From the human T2T-CHM13v2.0 reference genome, Homo sapiens, in assembly GCF_009914755.1 (NCBI RefSeq), contig NC_060938.1: a DNA stretch of 64,000 nucleotides. The stretch is one strand, 5' to 3'. This document shows, piece after piece, positions 12,366 to 25,793 of this stretch. Below the pieces are notes generated by a model. It saw only the letters and a list, made by a program, of their open reading frames with translations. It ran no database searches and was not told the DNA's origin. Every line of letters begins with the position of its first letter. Position 1 is the stretch's first letter. The translations under genes were made by a program, and so were the position numbers.

Positions 12366-14888
12366 CTGGAAGCCAAATACACCTTGTGGCCTAAAGAATA
12401 AGAACTAATTTATCAGGTGTCTTCTTTGTGGGTAAGAACTGTGCTTTCTCTCAGAAGTCAACAACCACTTATGCAGATATACCCTTTACTATCACTTCTT
12501 TGGAAAGCTGTACTCCATTTCTTTTAGAAAGAACTAGTGGTCACCCAATGCTTGAAGCGTGAGTGGCTACAGGCCTGTTTATGTCTTCTAGAAACCCACC
12601 CATCTCAGTTTCAATCGGCTTTACTGAATGTGAAATTCTAGGGTTGTTCTGAAGATAACTTCACATGTTTGGAGAATAATTAGTAGTTATTCTAAAACAG
12701 GTAGAGTGTGGTAGTTATAAATGTAATATGGTGTGGTAGCTAAGTAAGAACGTGAGCAGAAGTGCTGCCAATTGTATTTAGACGTTAAACATTTCTTCAG
12801 AGCAAAGGGTTAGAATTTGAAAGGTTGAAAAGTTGAAGTAGGGAAATGGCATGATTAAATTTATATTCTACAAAGATACTCAGAATAAAGATATTTAAGA
12901 GATTGTAGCAGTGAGAGATGCTGGCAAATAATTTTAGTTATAGTTTGCTATAAGAGAACAAAGAGTGATTTGAGAATTGTAAATCAGTTGAGGAGAAGGC
13001 ATGTGAGGTAGTTAAAGAGCATAGATATGAGTAAAAAGGAGTATAAAGGGCAGCCAGTTTGCTGTAGGGTCCAAGATTAATGTAATTTAAGTCCCTAGAC
13101 ACACAGTGATAGTCTGGTATGAAATATTTTAATATTGGTAGTCTGGAACAACACACAACATTGAAATAATTAAGTCAATATAATTATCCCTTTCAAGAGA
13201 TTTTAATTACTTTGTAGTTGATGCAGATTTGATACTTATCCCAATACTTTACATACTCCTAAGTCTACTGGAGGTTTTTTAAAGATTTGTGATTTTTGTT
13301 CTATTTTAAGAAATTACCACTTAAATGAATGAGCTGTCATTTCTCAAGGACTATGTTAAATTCCAATCAAAAGACCTGGACAGTGGAATTAACTGCCAAT
13401 ATGGTGTTTTAAATGATAGCCATAAATATTCTCCTCATAAGCAATGAGTACAGTTACTGGATTTTGTACTCTAAAAATGTAACGACAACTATAAATTTAA
13501 AATTTGTCAAATGATTTCCAAGAAAGTAAAGTGAATATTAAAATATTACTCTTACCAATAATTCTAGCTCCTTCTTTGATTATGAACAGAATCAGAAATA
13601 AACTAAAATCAATAGTTTCTTTTTAATATAACATTTTAGTAATTATTTAAAATTTTTCTTTAAACATAAGTTTGCATACCACTGGGTAAAATTGTGAGGT
13701 ATAACAATTTGCTGTAAGAAATATTTTAGAGACGCCTTTAGTCATCTATGAATTGAACTTTTTGATTTCATGGAAATCATTGTTTAAAAGGGAATTCTAG
13801 TATTAGTTTTAACATTTCTGAGTAACTCCTTATCCTCAACAGACAACTATGTATAGACATAGTTACGGATAGACACTGAGAGATAGTTATTGACATAGAC
13901 ATAAATTGTTATCAGGATTAGGTCATACTCAAAGTGTTTCAGAAAATAATTCTAAATATTTCCAAATACTCTAGGTATTTTAACAGAAAAGAATTATAAC
14001 ACAGAAAATTAGGCGTGCTTAGGAAAATATCAGAAGGGCTTGGAGAATAAGGGTCAGAGAAATTTGTCACTGCTTTTCAGGAGGTGAGAAAGCTACAGAA
14101 ATTGCACAAAGCTGGTTCTAATGATCTTCCCATTCTGCAGCATCAAGGTGAGTGAATCTCATATGAGCTTATAAGTTTATATGATTATCATATGTCTGCT
14201 CACCACTGCCAGAAGAAGTTAATATCTTCTTTTCTGACTTCCAAATCTGATGTGAATTTCTCTCATTAGCACAATCCAACCTGGAGTCCTGCTGACAAGA
14301 AATTCTAAAAAATGCATCTACAAAGCTTTCCCATGCAATGTAGGGGAGAATGCAGATGTGGGTGTGAACAATGCTGATCTGACAATTCACAATAAGGTAC
14401 AAAGATATAGAAAGATATAGTATGGCTATAGATACAAATATAGAAAAAGGTAAATGACAAAGGTTTACATCTACAGGGAATTTGTTTGAGATATGGGTAC
14501 AACTAAACATAGAATTTATTTATTCTATCCAACAATAAGGAACATTTGAACTCACAAATATCTATTAAACAAATATTTTTGTTAATCTTAAGAAAGTTGC
14601 CCAAAGAATGTGCAATTAAGCAACTTAAAATCATATAAAATAATAAATTTTGGGAGAGACTAAGATTTTTTTTTCTATTTACTAAAAGGAAATAATAAAC
14701 ACAACATTTTCAGTAAATAATGAAAATTACTGTAGCATGTTACATATTTTAACTTAGAAATGATGTTCAGCGTTTTTTATTATTAGCTTGCTATATCTTT
14801 TTAGGATTATTTTTGCAAGCCTCTTAATTCTAAAACAATTTTATCCTGATTTAGTAAAATTGAAGTCTCATTTACTTAATATTTTAAC

Positions 14889-15248
14889 ACATTTTCTGTT
14901 ACTGCAGCTTTTAAGACTATCTTTAAGACAGCATTATATCTCATTGAGTTGAATCATAAAAATTAGTTTTTTCTGCTGTTATTCAACACTTAGGCTCTTT
15001 AGACACTCTTACAGTATAATAAATTTTAGCCAAATAACTTTTTATTGTTTGGATTGATGCTTTAGGATACATTTTCTGTTACTACAGTTTTTAAAACTAT
15101 CCTTAAGACAGCATTATATCTCATTGAGTTGAATCACAAAAATTAGTTTTTTTCTGCTGTTATTCAACATTCAGATTCTTTAAACACTCTTACGATACAA
15201 TACATTTTAGCCAAATAACCTTTTATTGTTTGGATTGATGTTTTAGGA
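14889..15248. repeat. Tandem duplication, 2 copies of ~180 bp, ~90% identical
   Basis: Copies 14889-15067 and 15069-15248; manual alignment gives about 16 substitutions and one 1-bp indel. Confidence 0.97.
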
Positions 15249-18055
15249 GAAGTTCCTAGGAATGGAAAACATGAATATGTTAACGGCTCTTGATATACTT
15301 GACACTATTTTAATTTACATTCACTTTATAATTGGAAAGTTGAAGATGCATTTATATTAGTGAACTCATTTACATCATGTAACTTATTTTGTGTTTATAG
15401 TTTAATTAATATAACAGATGATATTAGCTTTTTATTATACATATTATATATTGATATCTCATCTATCTATCCATCTATCTTATATTTTCCCCATACCTCT
15501 GCTGACATATATTTTATGATTCCTACTGAATCTTAAGGTTATCGAGACTAGGATCTCTGTATTGTTCAGTGACTAAACCACAAATCATTAGTAAACATAT
15601 ATTGAATGCATTTCAATAATACAAACATAAAATATGGAAAGCTAAAAATAAAATTCCAATTATTAGGATGGAAAAATATATCAAATAACTCTTTCCTGAT
15701 TCTCATGTATTTTCTCATTATTCTTTGCATGTGTTATTCTGGCTTCTTAATGGTTCATTTTCAAACATATTTCTTTCTGTTTTACTGTATTAGTATTCAG
15801 GAAAAAAACTGTAAACCTTACCTTATAGTACTCAAGTCTGGTCAGATAAATAAGCAACTTGGAAAGTTAAACAAGAATATTGCCTTCAATAGATTGGATT
15901 TGGATGCAATAAATTAAAGTCCAGAAAGCTTGTCTGTAGCTCCCCCACAATCAGATTGCAGTGTTTCTAGGAAGCTCTTCAAATGTGCTATGCTCAGGTC
16001 TATAATAGAAAAAAATTTTTTGAGATATCTATGAGTATTAATGGCTCTACCATTCAGATATGAAGGTTGAAATTCAAAATATGACTACTGTCACCTTGAA
16101 AGTTAATCTATATGCCTCTGCCTTCCTCTGCTATCAGAATGCACTACATTTCAAACCTATTTCTCTGATAACCTTATAAACATTAAACTTTTACCACTGG
16201 AAATACAGAAATGTTTTCTTAACTATAAAAGTAGCAGTCTTTTTCCTTCTTAGTTATTTTCTATTGCTTATTTCTGTTACTTTTCAAAGACAACTTAAAA
16301 TTTGAACACTTATTAAACAGTCTGATAATCCTAATACATTTATTTTAATAGCCAAATTGCCTTTCAGTCCCATGTAAAACCAAACCTGTGTTCACTTCAT
16401 TCATTCCACTTCTTCTTACCTGTATATAGGAGTTAAAATGTTAAGATCATCATCTTATGTGGTTACTTGGCCTATAATGATATCAATCAGAGCCACAGAG
16501 TAGAACATGGAGGCTATTCTAAGTGTATTTTAAGAAAATATCAAAGACATAAATAAACATTTCTGGGGTAGTTATTGAAATCCAAGCAAGGATTTATTGA
16601 GTCATTTCTTGAATGATGAAAATCTAGAAATTGAAGCAGGCATAATTGAGAACCTAGATATGAAGCATGTAATTTCCAACCTGAAGAAACAGAAGGAAAG
16701 CAGAAGAATACAATAATGGTTAGAAACAAAAAGGTCATAGAAAAATTAAAATACATATTCACATATGCATGACAGCATATTTCAGGAACAGTCTGTGACC
16801 ACATCTAGTTTTGTATAGCCTCATTCCTCTGTGCACCTTAACTGCTACTACTAAGCTGATTAATGTTCACAGAAAAGTAAGCAACATAGGCACGATTTTC
16901 TAAATTATAAAAAGAGAAACAATATTTTAAGTATTTTCCTTATGTATTGCACTTTCAAATAGAACAGAATGTCTATTCATCTTAACTCAACCGGAAGACG
17001 CTCACTAATAGAGTAGTATATGCCTCCCCTCACTTATTATTCAGAATATTCTATTGGAGTTTAATTTATTTACCACCAGGCTTCTTCTGATTACCCTTAT
17101 CCAAAAAGCAATTGCTTCATTTTCAGACCTTATTTTTACCTTGCCCGCTGTGAACTACCTTTTAAGCCATAGTGTTATGTTCTATCATTTTTCCCTGAGA
17201 AAGTACGAAGCTTAAATTAAATTTCTTAAAAAAGCATATTTTGGCAACCAATCTATGTAAATCTGAGCAAATACAGGGAGAAAATGAGGAATAGAAGAAA
17301 AAAGGGAAAATATGTTTCTTAAAGAGCCAAACACTAGCAATTAATCTTCAAATATTATTATATTGATTTTCTGGGAAAGAAAATCAAAGGGAAAATGTAA
17401 GGCAAATCAATCCCTTCCCAATACTTTTTAATTCCATATTTATTAGGCAATTTCTCTGTTTTGTTTACATATTGTAAAATCTTCTAACTTCATATTTGTA
17501 ATATGGGCAAAATTATGAACATTTAAAAATAGACATTGATGGTCTGGATATTCACATACTTCAATTACCCAGAGAGTAATAGAAATTGAAAAGGAGATTT
17601 TAAAAATATTTTATGTGTATAAGAATAGATTTTACCTTTTTTGCTGTTTTCCTTGTCAAGACAAACATTGGGAGAATTTTGAATAACAATTCACAGACAG
17701 ATTACTGTTTATTATAACTTCAAAATATAATTGACACAAAAGATGTACAAGTCTCACTCAGGTTATATATTTATTTAAAGGTATCTAATCACTAAATTAA
17801 CTTATTAGAATCATTATAATAACTGGATCCTCATTGGGTGGAGGCTGATACTATTCTGTTTAGTGGATCATTAATTCAACAGATTCTAGATAAATAATAT
17901 TTTCTCCAGTCTAAAAAGCAAATCAAATCATGTCCTTTGTGTATAGATAATCAAGAGTTATTTGTCATAAACCTCAGACAAATCTAATATTGAGAAAATC
18001 TATATGCAATCATATTCCAATTATGAACTTCTTTCAAAAGATAAATAATCCTATT

Positions 18056-18348
<293 letters not shown>

Positions 18349-18794
18349 AAATAATCCTATTGTTGCTAGAAGAATATTGGGAACTATGTGTTGGGAGATA
18401 ATTTTCCATAGATTCTGTGCATCTATGAACAGAGGTATTTAGAGATTATGTTGAGAACTATCTCTTCAAAGATGACTATAGAGCAAACAGCCTTGGAAGA
18501 TAGAGATAGTGGTTCCTTCTGAGGAAAAGTTCAGAATTGTTTGCTGTCCAAGATAATAAAGATCATGTCTTCCTCTGATGCAAAGTTTAAGCAGATTTGC
18601 TAGCACCTCCCTCTAAAATACTGGGATTTCCAAAGTTCCAGCTTCCTCAGCTGTAATGCAAACTCACTGTACATACAACATTCACTTGATCCTGCCTCCG
18701 TATCACCTCCATGGGATTTGGGGGGTAAGGAGAACCTAGACACACACAATGCTCAAATTGCTTGCTATGTTGTGAGTAATAAAGTCCTTTTATG

Positions 18795-19065
18795 TTGGGC
18801 AAATAGTATAAAAGTTAGATAGAAGGAATGAGTTCAAGAGATCTATTGTATGACATGGCAACTTTAGTTTATAACAATATATTGTATTCTTAAAAATTGC
18901 TTAAAAATTAAATTTTAAGCGTTAGTGTCAAAAATAAGTATATCAGGCAATATATATGGTAATTACCATGATTTAGCCATTCAACAATGTATACATATTT
19001 TAAAACAACATGTTCTACATAATAAATATATATAAGTTTTGCCTTTAAAGTTAGTTAAAAAATAA
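18795..19065 (+). mobile_element. L1MA 3' end
   Basis: gttagatagaaggaatgagttcaagagatctattgta...gatttagccattcaacaatgtatacatattt. Confidence 0.85.
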
Positions 19066-19074
19066 TTTTAACAA

Positions 19075-22000
19075 TGAAAAACACAAAGTATCTAAGTAAC
19101 AACATGTGAATAGAACAGTATCTCACATTCATATGTCCATATTAATGTTGAATGTAACTGGCCTAACCGCTCTACTTAAAACATACAGAATGGCAAAATG
19201 GATTAGAAAACACAAACCAAATATCTGCTGTCTTCAAGAGATTCACCTCACACATAAGGATTCATATAAACTCAAGGTAAAGAAGTGGATAATGATATTA
19301 CACACAAATGGAAACCAAAAACATGAAGGAATAGCTATTCTTTTATCAAAAGAAAATCTAGAGGAAATGAATAAATTCCTGGAAACATACAATCCTCCTA
19401 GATTAAACCATGAGGAAATAGAAGCCCTGAACAGGCCAATAACAAGCAGCAAGATTGAATTAGTAATTTAAAAATTACCAACAAGAAAAGGTGCAGGACC
19501 AGATGGATTCACAGCTGAATTCTACCAGACATTCAAAGAAAAATTGGAACAAATCCTACTGAAACCGTTACCAAAGATAGATAAAGAGTAAACATTCTAT
19601 GACGCCATTATCACCCTAATACCGAAACCAGAAAAGGGCATAAAAACAAAGAAAACTGCTGATCAATTTCCCTGATAAAAAAGATACAAAAATTCTCAAC
19701 AAAATGCTAGCTGATCAAATCCAACAGCACCTCAAAAAGATATTACATCATCATCAAATTAGTTTCATACCAGGGATGCAGGGATGGTTTAATATATGCA
19801 AGTAAGTAAATATCATACATACATGAACAGAATTAGAAACATTTGGTTATCTCAATAGATGCAGGAAAAGCATTTGATAAAATCCATCATCTCTTTATGA
19901 TAAAAACCCTCAACAAACTGGGCATAGAAGGGACTTACCTAAAGTAACAGAAAACAAGTATGACCAACAAATAGCAAACATCATACTTTATGAGGAAAAG
20001 TTAAAAGCATTCCTCCTGAGAACTGGAACAAGTCAAGGATGCCCACTTTTACCACATCTATTCAACATAGTACCAATGTCCTAGAAGCCCGAGCAATCAG
20101 GCAAGAGTAAGAAATAAAGGGCATCCAAATTGGATAAAAGGAAGCCAAGCTGTCATTGTTCACTAATGATATAATCATATATTTAGAAAACCCTAAAGAC
20201 TCATCCAAAAGGCTGTTAGATCTGATAAACAAATTCAGTAAAGTCTCAGGATACAAAATCAATGTACAGAAATTAGTAGCACTGCTATATACCAACAACG
20301 ACTAAGCTGAGAATCAAATCAAGAACTTAACCCTTTTTACAACAACTGTACAAATAAAATAATAAAATAAAATACGTAGGAATATGCTTAACTTAGGAAG
20401 TAAAAGATCTCTACAAGGAAGACTACAAAACACTGCTGAAAGAAATAATAGATGACATACCCAAATAGAAACACATCTCATGCTCATGGATGGGAAGAAT
20501 CAATATTGTGATTGATATTGATTCTGTAGATTGCTTTGGGCAATACTGGTCATCATGCTAGCCAAAGCAATCTACAGACTTAATGCAATTCCTATTAAAA
20601 TACCATCATTATTTTTCACAGAACTAGAAAAAATAATCCTAAAGTTCATATGGAACAACAACAAAAAAAAGTAAAAAAAAAAAAAAAAAAAAGAGCCCAA
20701 ATCGTCAAAGCAATCCTAAGCAAAAAGAGCAATTCTGGAGGGAAGCATCACATTACCAGACTTTAGATTATACTACGAGGCTATAAATACTAAACACCAT
20801 GGTACTGGTATAAAAATAGGCACATAGACCAATGGAACAGAATAGGGAACCCAAAAATAAAGCCAAATACAGCCAAGTGATCTCCAACAAAGCATACAAA
20901 AACTAAATTGGGGAAAGGACACCCTATTCAATAAATGGTGCTGGGCAAACTGGCAAGCCATCAGTCGAAGAATGAAACTGGATTCCCATCTCTCGCCTTA
21001 TATAAAAAGCAACTAAAGCAACTAAAGATGGATCAAAGACTTAAATCTAAAACTTGAGACCATAAAAATTCTAGAAGATGACATTGGAAAAACTCTTCTG
21101 GACATTGGCGTGAGTAAAGAATTCATGACTAAGACCCCAAAAGCAAATGCAACAAAAATAAAAATAAATAAATGGGACCTAATTAAACTAAAAAGTTTCT
21201 GCACGAAAAAAGAAATAATCAGTAGAGTAGTAATTTGACAACTCAGAGTGGGAGAAAATATTTGCAAATTATGCATCTGATAAACAACTAGTATCCAGAA
21301 TCTAAGGGGAACTCAAACAATCAGCAAAAAAACAAAAAGAAAAAAGCAAATAATCCCAACAAAAAGTAGGCAGAGGGCATGGATAGACATTTGTCAAAAG
21401 AAGAAGATATACAAATAGTCAACAACCATGAAAAAAATGCTCAGCATCACCAATCACCAGCAAAATGCAAATTAAAACCACAATGAGATACCACCTTATT
21501 CCTGCAAGAATGGCCATAATTAAAAAGTCAAAAACAATAGATGCTGGCATGGATGTGGTGAAGAGGGAACACTTTTACACTGCTGGTGGGAAACCATTAT
21601 AAACAGTATGGAGTTTCCTTGAATAACTAAAATAGATCTACCATTTAATCCAGCAATCCTACTACTGGGCATCTACCCAGAGGAATTATACAAAGAGGAC
21701 ATACGTACACACATGCTTATAGCAGCACAATTTACGACTGCAAAGATATGGAACCAACTTAAGTACCCATCGACCAAGGAGTGAATAAAGAATATGTGCT
21801 ATATATACACCATGCAATACTATTCAGTCATAAAAAGGAATGAAATAATGTCTTTTGTAGCAACTTGGATAGAGCTGGTGTCCATTATTCTACAGGAAGT
21901 AACTCAGGAATGGCAAACCAAATACTGTATATTCTCACTTATAAGTAGGAGCTAAGCTATGAGAACACAACGATGTACAGAGTGATATAACAGACTTTGG

Positions 22001-22197
22001 GGACTCCCGGTGGGAGGAGGATGCGAGTGGGGTGGGGGATAAAAGACTACATATCGGGTACAGTGTACACTTCTCAAGTGATGGGTGCACTAAAATCTCA
22101 GAATTCACTGCTGTAGAACTCATCCATGTAACCAAAAACCATCTTTACCCCCAAGCCTAATGAAATAAAACATAATTTTGATTAATAAAATAAAAAA
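19075..22197 (+). mobile_element. L1PB element (ORF2 plus 3'UTR), 5'-truncated, with ~1 kb internal deletion
   Basis: ORF2 N-terminus ([11 protein letters not shown]) joined to [13 protein letters not shown]; continuous degenerate RT/C-domain homology; L1PB-type 3'UTR and A-rich tail. Confidence 0.92.
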
Positions 22198-22691
22198 CAC
22201 ACATATTTCTTACCTGGGAATCTCATGTCTTCCACCAGTATCCAGGAGGCCATGGAAGTCCAACTTGTTAGCACACAAACATGGTAGTCAGGCCCTTTAT
22301 AATTATTGATAATGAAAAAATTCCAGTTACGTTAGTGTGGGAATGAACTTTTGACTTTAAGAGATTATATTTTTGAAGATTTGCACCATGATACTTATTT
22401 GCATAAGTTTCCTGCCTTCCAGTATGTATGCATATATATTCAGCCTGAGAATCTTTATAGAAGGTGCTCAATCTATAAAAGTTAAAAAAGAAAAAATTCA
22501 CTTAATATATCTCCTCGTTTTCTCATAATGTTTTCTTAAACATTCTGGTTCTTATTGTCATCTATATGTATTTTGGTGAGTTTCTAAGGGATAATTTTAG
22601 CATATATTAAGCTTCCATTAAAATTGTAGAATCTGATTAGCACAGGTATTTCTTTTTCTTAGAGCAATTTGAGTCTAGTTCTATATAAGAA

Positions 22692-22716
22692 TGTGTGTGT
22701 GTGTGTGTGTGTGTGT
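22692..22716. repeat. (TG)n microsatellite
   Basis: Seen directly. Confidence 0.95.
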
Positions 22717-23035
22717 AGAGAAGAAAATGACAATAATTTTTTGTTCTCTTTTCTGTAAGAATGAAAAATCACGTTTGAAAATCCTCAAAAAAGCTGATGT
22801 GAATTTATTAGTCTCAGCTTTACTATGCCAAAGCCTGTCAACCTGCCTCTGACTTCTGCAGCAGAAGAATGTTAAAAATAAATCCTTTTATGTTAGCATG
22901 TTTCACATCTATTTCAGAGATACTTTAGTCCTAGAGAGTGTTTTGGAATCCTATCAGGATATGATCACGTAATCTCTAAAGCTAGTGGTAGATGTTTTCA
23001 GGGATAAGAGTTTATTCATGCTAGGCCATAGTGAA

Positions 23036-23322
23036 TTTTTCTTGTTAAGATGGGGTCTCGCTCTCTCACCTAGGCTGGAGGGCACTAGTGCGATCATAGC
23101 TCACTGCAGCCTCAAACTCCTGGGCTCAAGTGATCTTCTCTCCTCAGCCTCCCTAGTAGCTAAGACTACAGGCTCTCACCACCACACCCAGGTAATATAT
23201 ATAGTAGAGATGGGGTCTTGCTATGTTGTCCAGGCAGCTCTTGAACTCCTCCATTCAAGAGATCTTTCTACCTAGGCCTCCCGAAGTGCTGAGATTACAG
23301 GCAGGTGCCAACAAGCCTGGCC
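23036..23322 (-). mobile_element. AluJ
   Basis: gatcatagctcactgcagcctcaaactcctgggctcaagtgatc is J-type; high divergence. Confidence 0.92.
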
Positions 23323-24014
23323 ATGACCTCTATAGCAAATTTTAGGTATGGATTTACAGAACTACATATTTTCCTCACATTCACCTCCTTTTTAGTGATG
23401 AAATTGCTCTCACTACATAGCATTTTAGATAGTTAGCTAGAAGAAATTAATTTGTGTCTGTATAACAAAGGGTAATTTAGAAAAATGCAGTATTTTTAAA
23501 TTAATTGACTTGTAATTCTTGATTGGTACTAGTTTGTTTTTTTCCAAGCTAAATAAATTCAGGCTTATATTAAAACGTTTGTCTAGAACAGACTAAAGCA
23601 TACTAGCTAATGACGCAAATAAATATTGTTTTTGTCTGTTCCTTATTTTAAAAACTGAGTTATCTACTGATAAACAGGTTTTAAAAATCAAATAATAATT
23701 TGACTTTGTTATTGATGAAATTTAACATTACCATTTTGCTTTGCCAACTTCCCACTATTAACAGTTTCTTATGTATCCTACATTCCAAAAAGATATTAAG
23801 CATTTATATGTGCCTTTTTTGTAATAATTGATGTAGCCTGGAACTGAAACACTCACATTTAGATTATGTATGCTTAACTTACCAAATGACCCTCAAAACA
23901 GCTTGTGAAGGTCCTTGAAGCATTCTAAAATTGTGGGTGGGTATTACAAGTAGCAGTATATAATACAAACTATTCCAGATTTTGTTTCTCCCTACCTCTT
24001 ACTATTAACATATA

Positions 24015-24050
24015 GATACATAACGCAAGCTTTGCTTTGCGTTATGTATC
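24015..24050. repeat. Perfect 14-bp inverted repeat, 8-nt spacer
   Basis: gatacataacgcaa-gctttgct-ttgcgttatgtatc. Confidence 0.95.
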
Positions 24051-24649
24051 CTTATAGAAATACTTGGCAACCATGAACTAATCTATCCTACGTTAAATAA
24101 TTGATTAGTATGCACTGCATTATTGTTTTGTGTACTGTGCATTAAAGTTCACCCTATTCCAAGTTTACTCCCTTAAATAATTAGCTGCTGTTAATAGTAT
24201 TATTCACATTACTAATAAAACAGCTTAGTGTGCTTTTTATTTTAATGAGAAAAGCAAAATTTCAGCATAGTGATTCTCTAAAACTTTTCTTAATTAAAGT
24301 GCGATATGTTTTTCCAAAAGTAAACAAAATTTTCTATGTGGTATAGCAAGTAATATTGTACATTTTATAGCGTGTATCGTATACCATGGTTACTTTACAT
24401 TTAAAAAATGTCAGTCATCACTTTCTTGTATGTTTCTAAACAAAATTATATGTACCAAACATATTTACTCTGTTTATGCAAATGATCATGTCCAATTTAT
24501 TGAGCTAGTGTAAATATAATGAAATATATTCTAAAATGCATTACATAAACACATTACTGAGAGTTAAAATAGTTCAAATTAACTAAAGAAACTCAGTGTT
24601 TCAAGATGTCTAATTTTATTTGGTTTTGAAAGTAAAAATAGTTTTGCAT

Positions 24650-24850
24650 TGTAATACTCGTTGAGCACTTACTGCATGCTTGCAAATCCACATTAATTGC
24701 TTTAATAAATTAAATTTATATTTTAAATTAAGTTTTAACATGCCTTCTACAGGTGAAGAAAAATAATAACTTGTTCAGTGTCACACAGCTAAAAGTGACA
24801 ATGTTGACATAATAATGCATTTTTAAAAAATTTCAAAGTCTGTACTCGGA
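24650..24850 (-). mobile_element. MIR relic
   Basis: ttgagcacttactg...taacttgttcagtgtcacacagcta is the reversed MIR core. Confidence 0.6.
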
Positions 24851-25710
24851 ACAAAATATACTAACCAAAGAAGTTTCTTATTTTGTCATTTTTGAACCAC
24901 TAACTTAATATTTTATTTTTTGTTTTCATCCAATAAGGAGCCTTAAATGCAACTCTGTTCCCAATATTTGATAATCTTTTATGAATCAATAACAGTCTTC
25001 ATTAGAATTTTTAGCCTTAATTGAAATGTTAATATTTTTATATGATTCTTCAGATAGTATTAGAACTTGAGGTATGTGGTCTAGTAAGCAAGTATTCATT
25101 CTCTTCCATATTTTTTAAGTCAAAGAAAACTTAAGCTTTATTTGTGATACACTGGAACTCAGAAAAATATTAATTAAAATTTTCAGAGAAACAATAGGAA
25201 AAAAAAAAGATGCACAGAAAATATCGAGTATTCAGTCTCCCATTCTTGTTACTGGGTCATTGATGAATCTAGTGATCAATAATTAGCAGTAGTTTAGTTA
25301 TGGATATATTTTCAAATACGTGGATATGTCACTAATACCTGGAGAAAATAGCTATTATGAATCAATATGACTGTACCATTATGACTAAAATGCATTTTTC
25401 TATTTTATTTTATAAGAAGGATTAAAAAATCATCTCATTAAATAGCAAATTAGAAAGTAAATAAATACCAGATAATTGATTGCCTCATAATTGTTAATAT
25501 CTAATTTTACTATATTATTAGGTATAGGTTTGTCCTAAACATTGACTACTTTTGCAATATAATAGAGATGTCTTCAGTCTGCATTTCAAATTTTCTAAAC
25601 AAGTCAACTTTAAAAATGATGCACTCTTATTTTCTTATTGGTTTAAGGATACATTCGTATAGATATCATCTATGAACAGCTATGATCGATTAGAAAAGGC
25701 TAAGATTATA

Positions 25711-25712
25711 CA

Positions 25713-25790
<78 letters not shown>
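25711..25790. repeat. Compound (CA)n(TA)n microsatellite
   Basis: Seen directly; ~22 uninterrupted TA units. Confidence 0.97.

Positions 25791-25793
<3 letters not shown>

Larger units (their letters stand above)
18389..22310 (+). mobile_element. LTR40-like solo LTR in two pieces (18389-~18790 and ~22205-22310), split by L1 insertions
   Basis: Starts tgttgggagataatt; contains aacagccttggaagatagagatagtg and aataaagtccttt; resumes ...gaatctcatgtcttccaccagtatcca...aacttgttagc after the L1PB. Confidence 0.8.

Noticed and set aside
13910-14340. Possible ancient LTR fragment
   Set aside because: Only vague similarity; no termini or TSD that I can support
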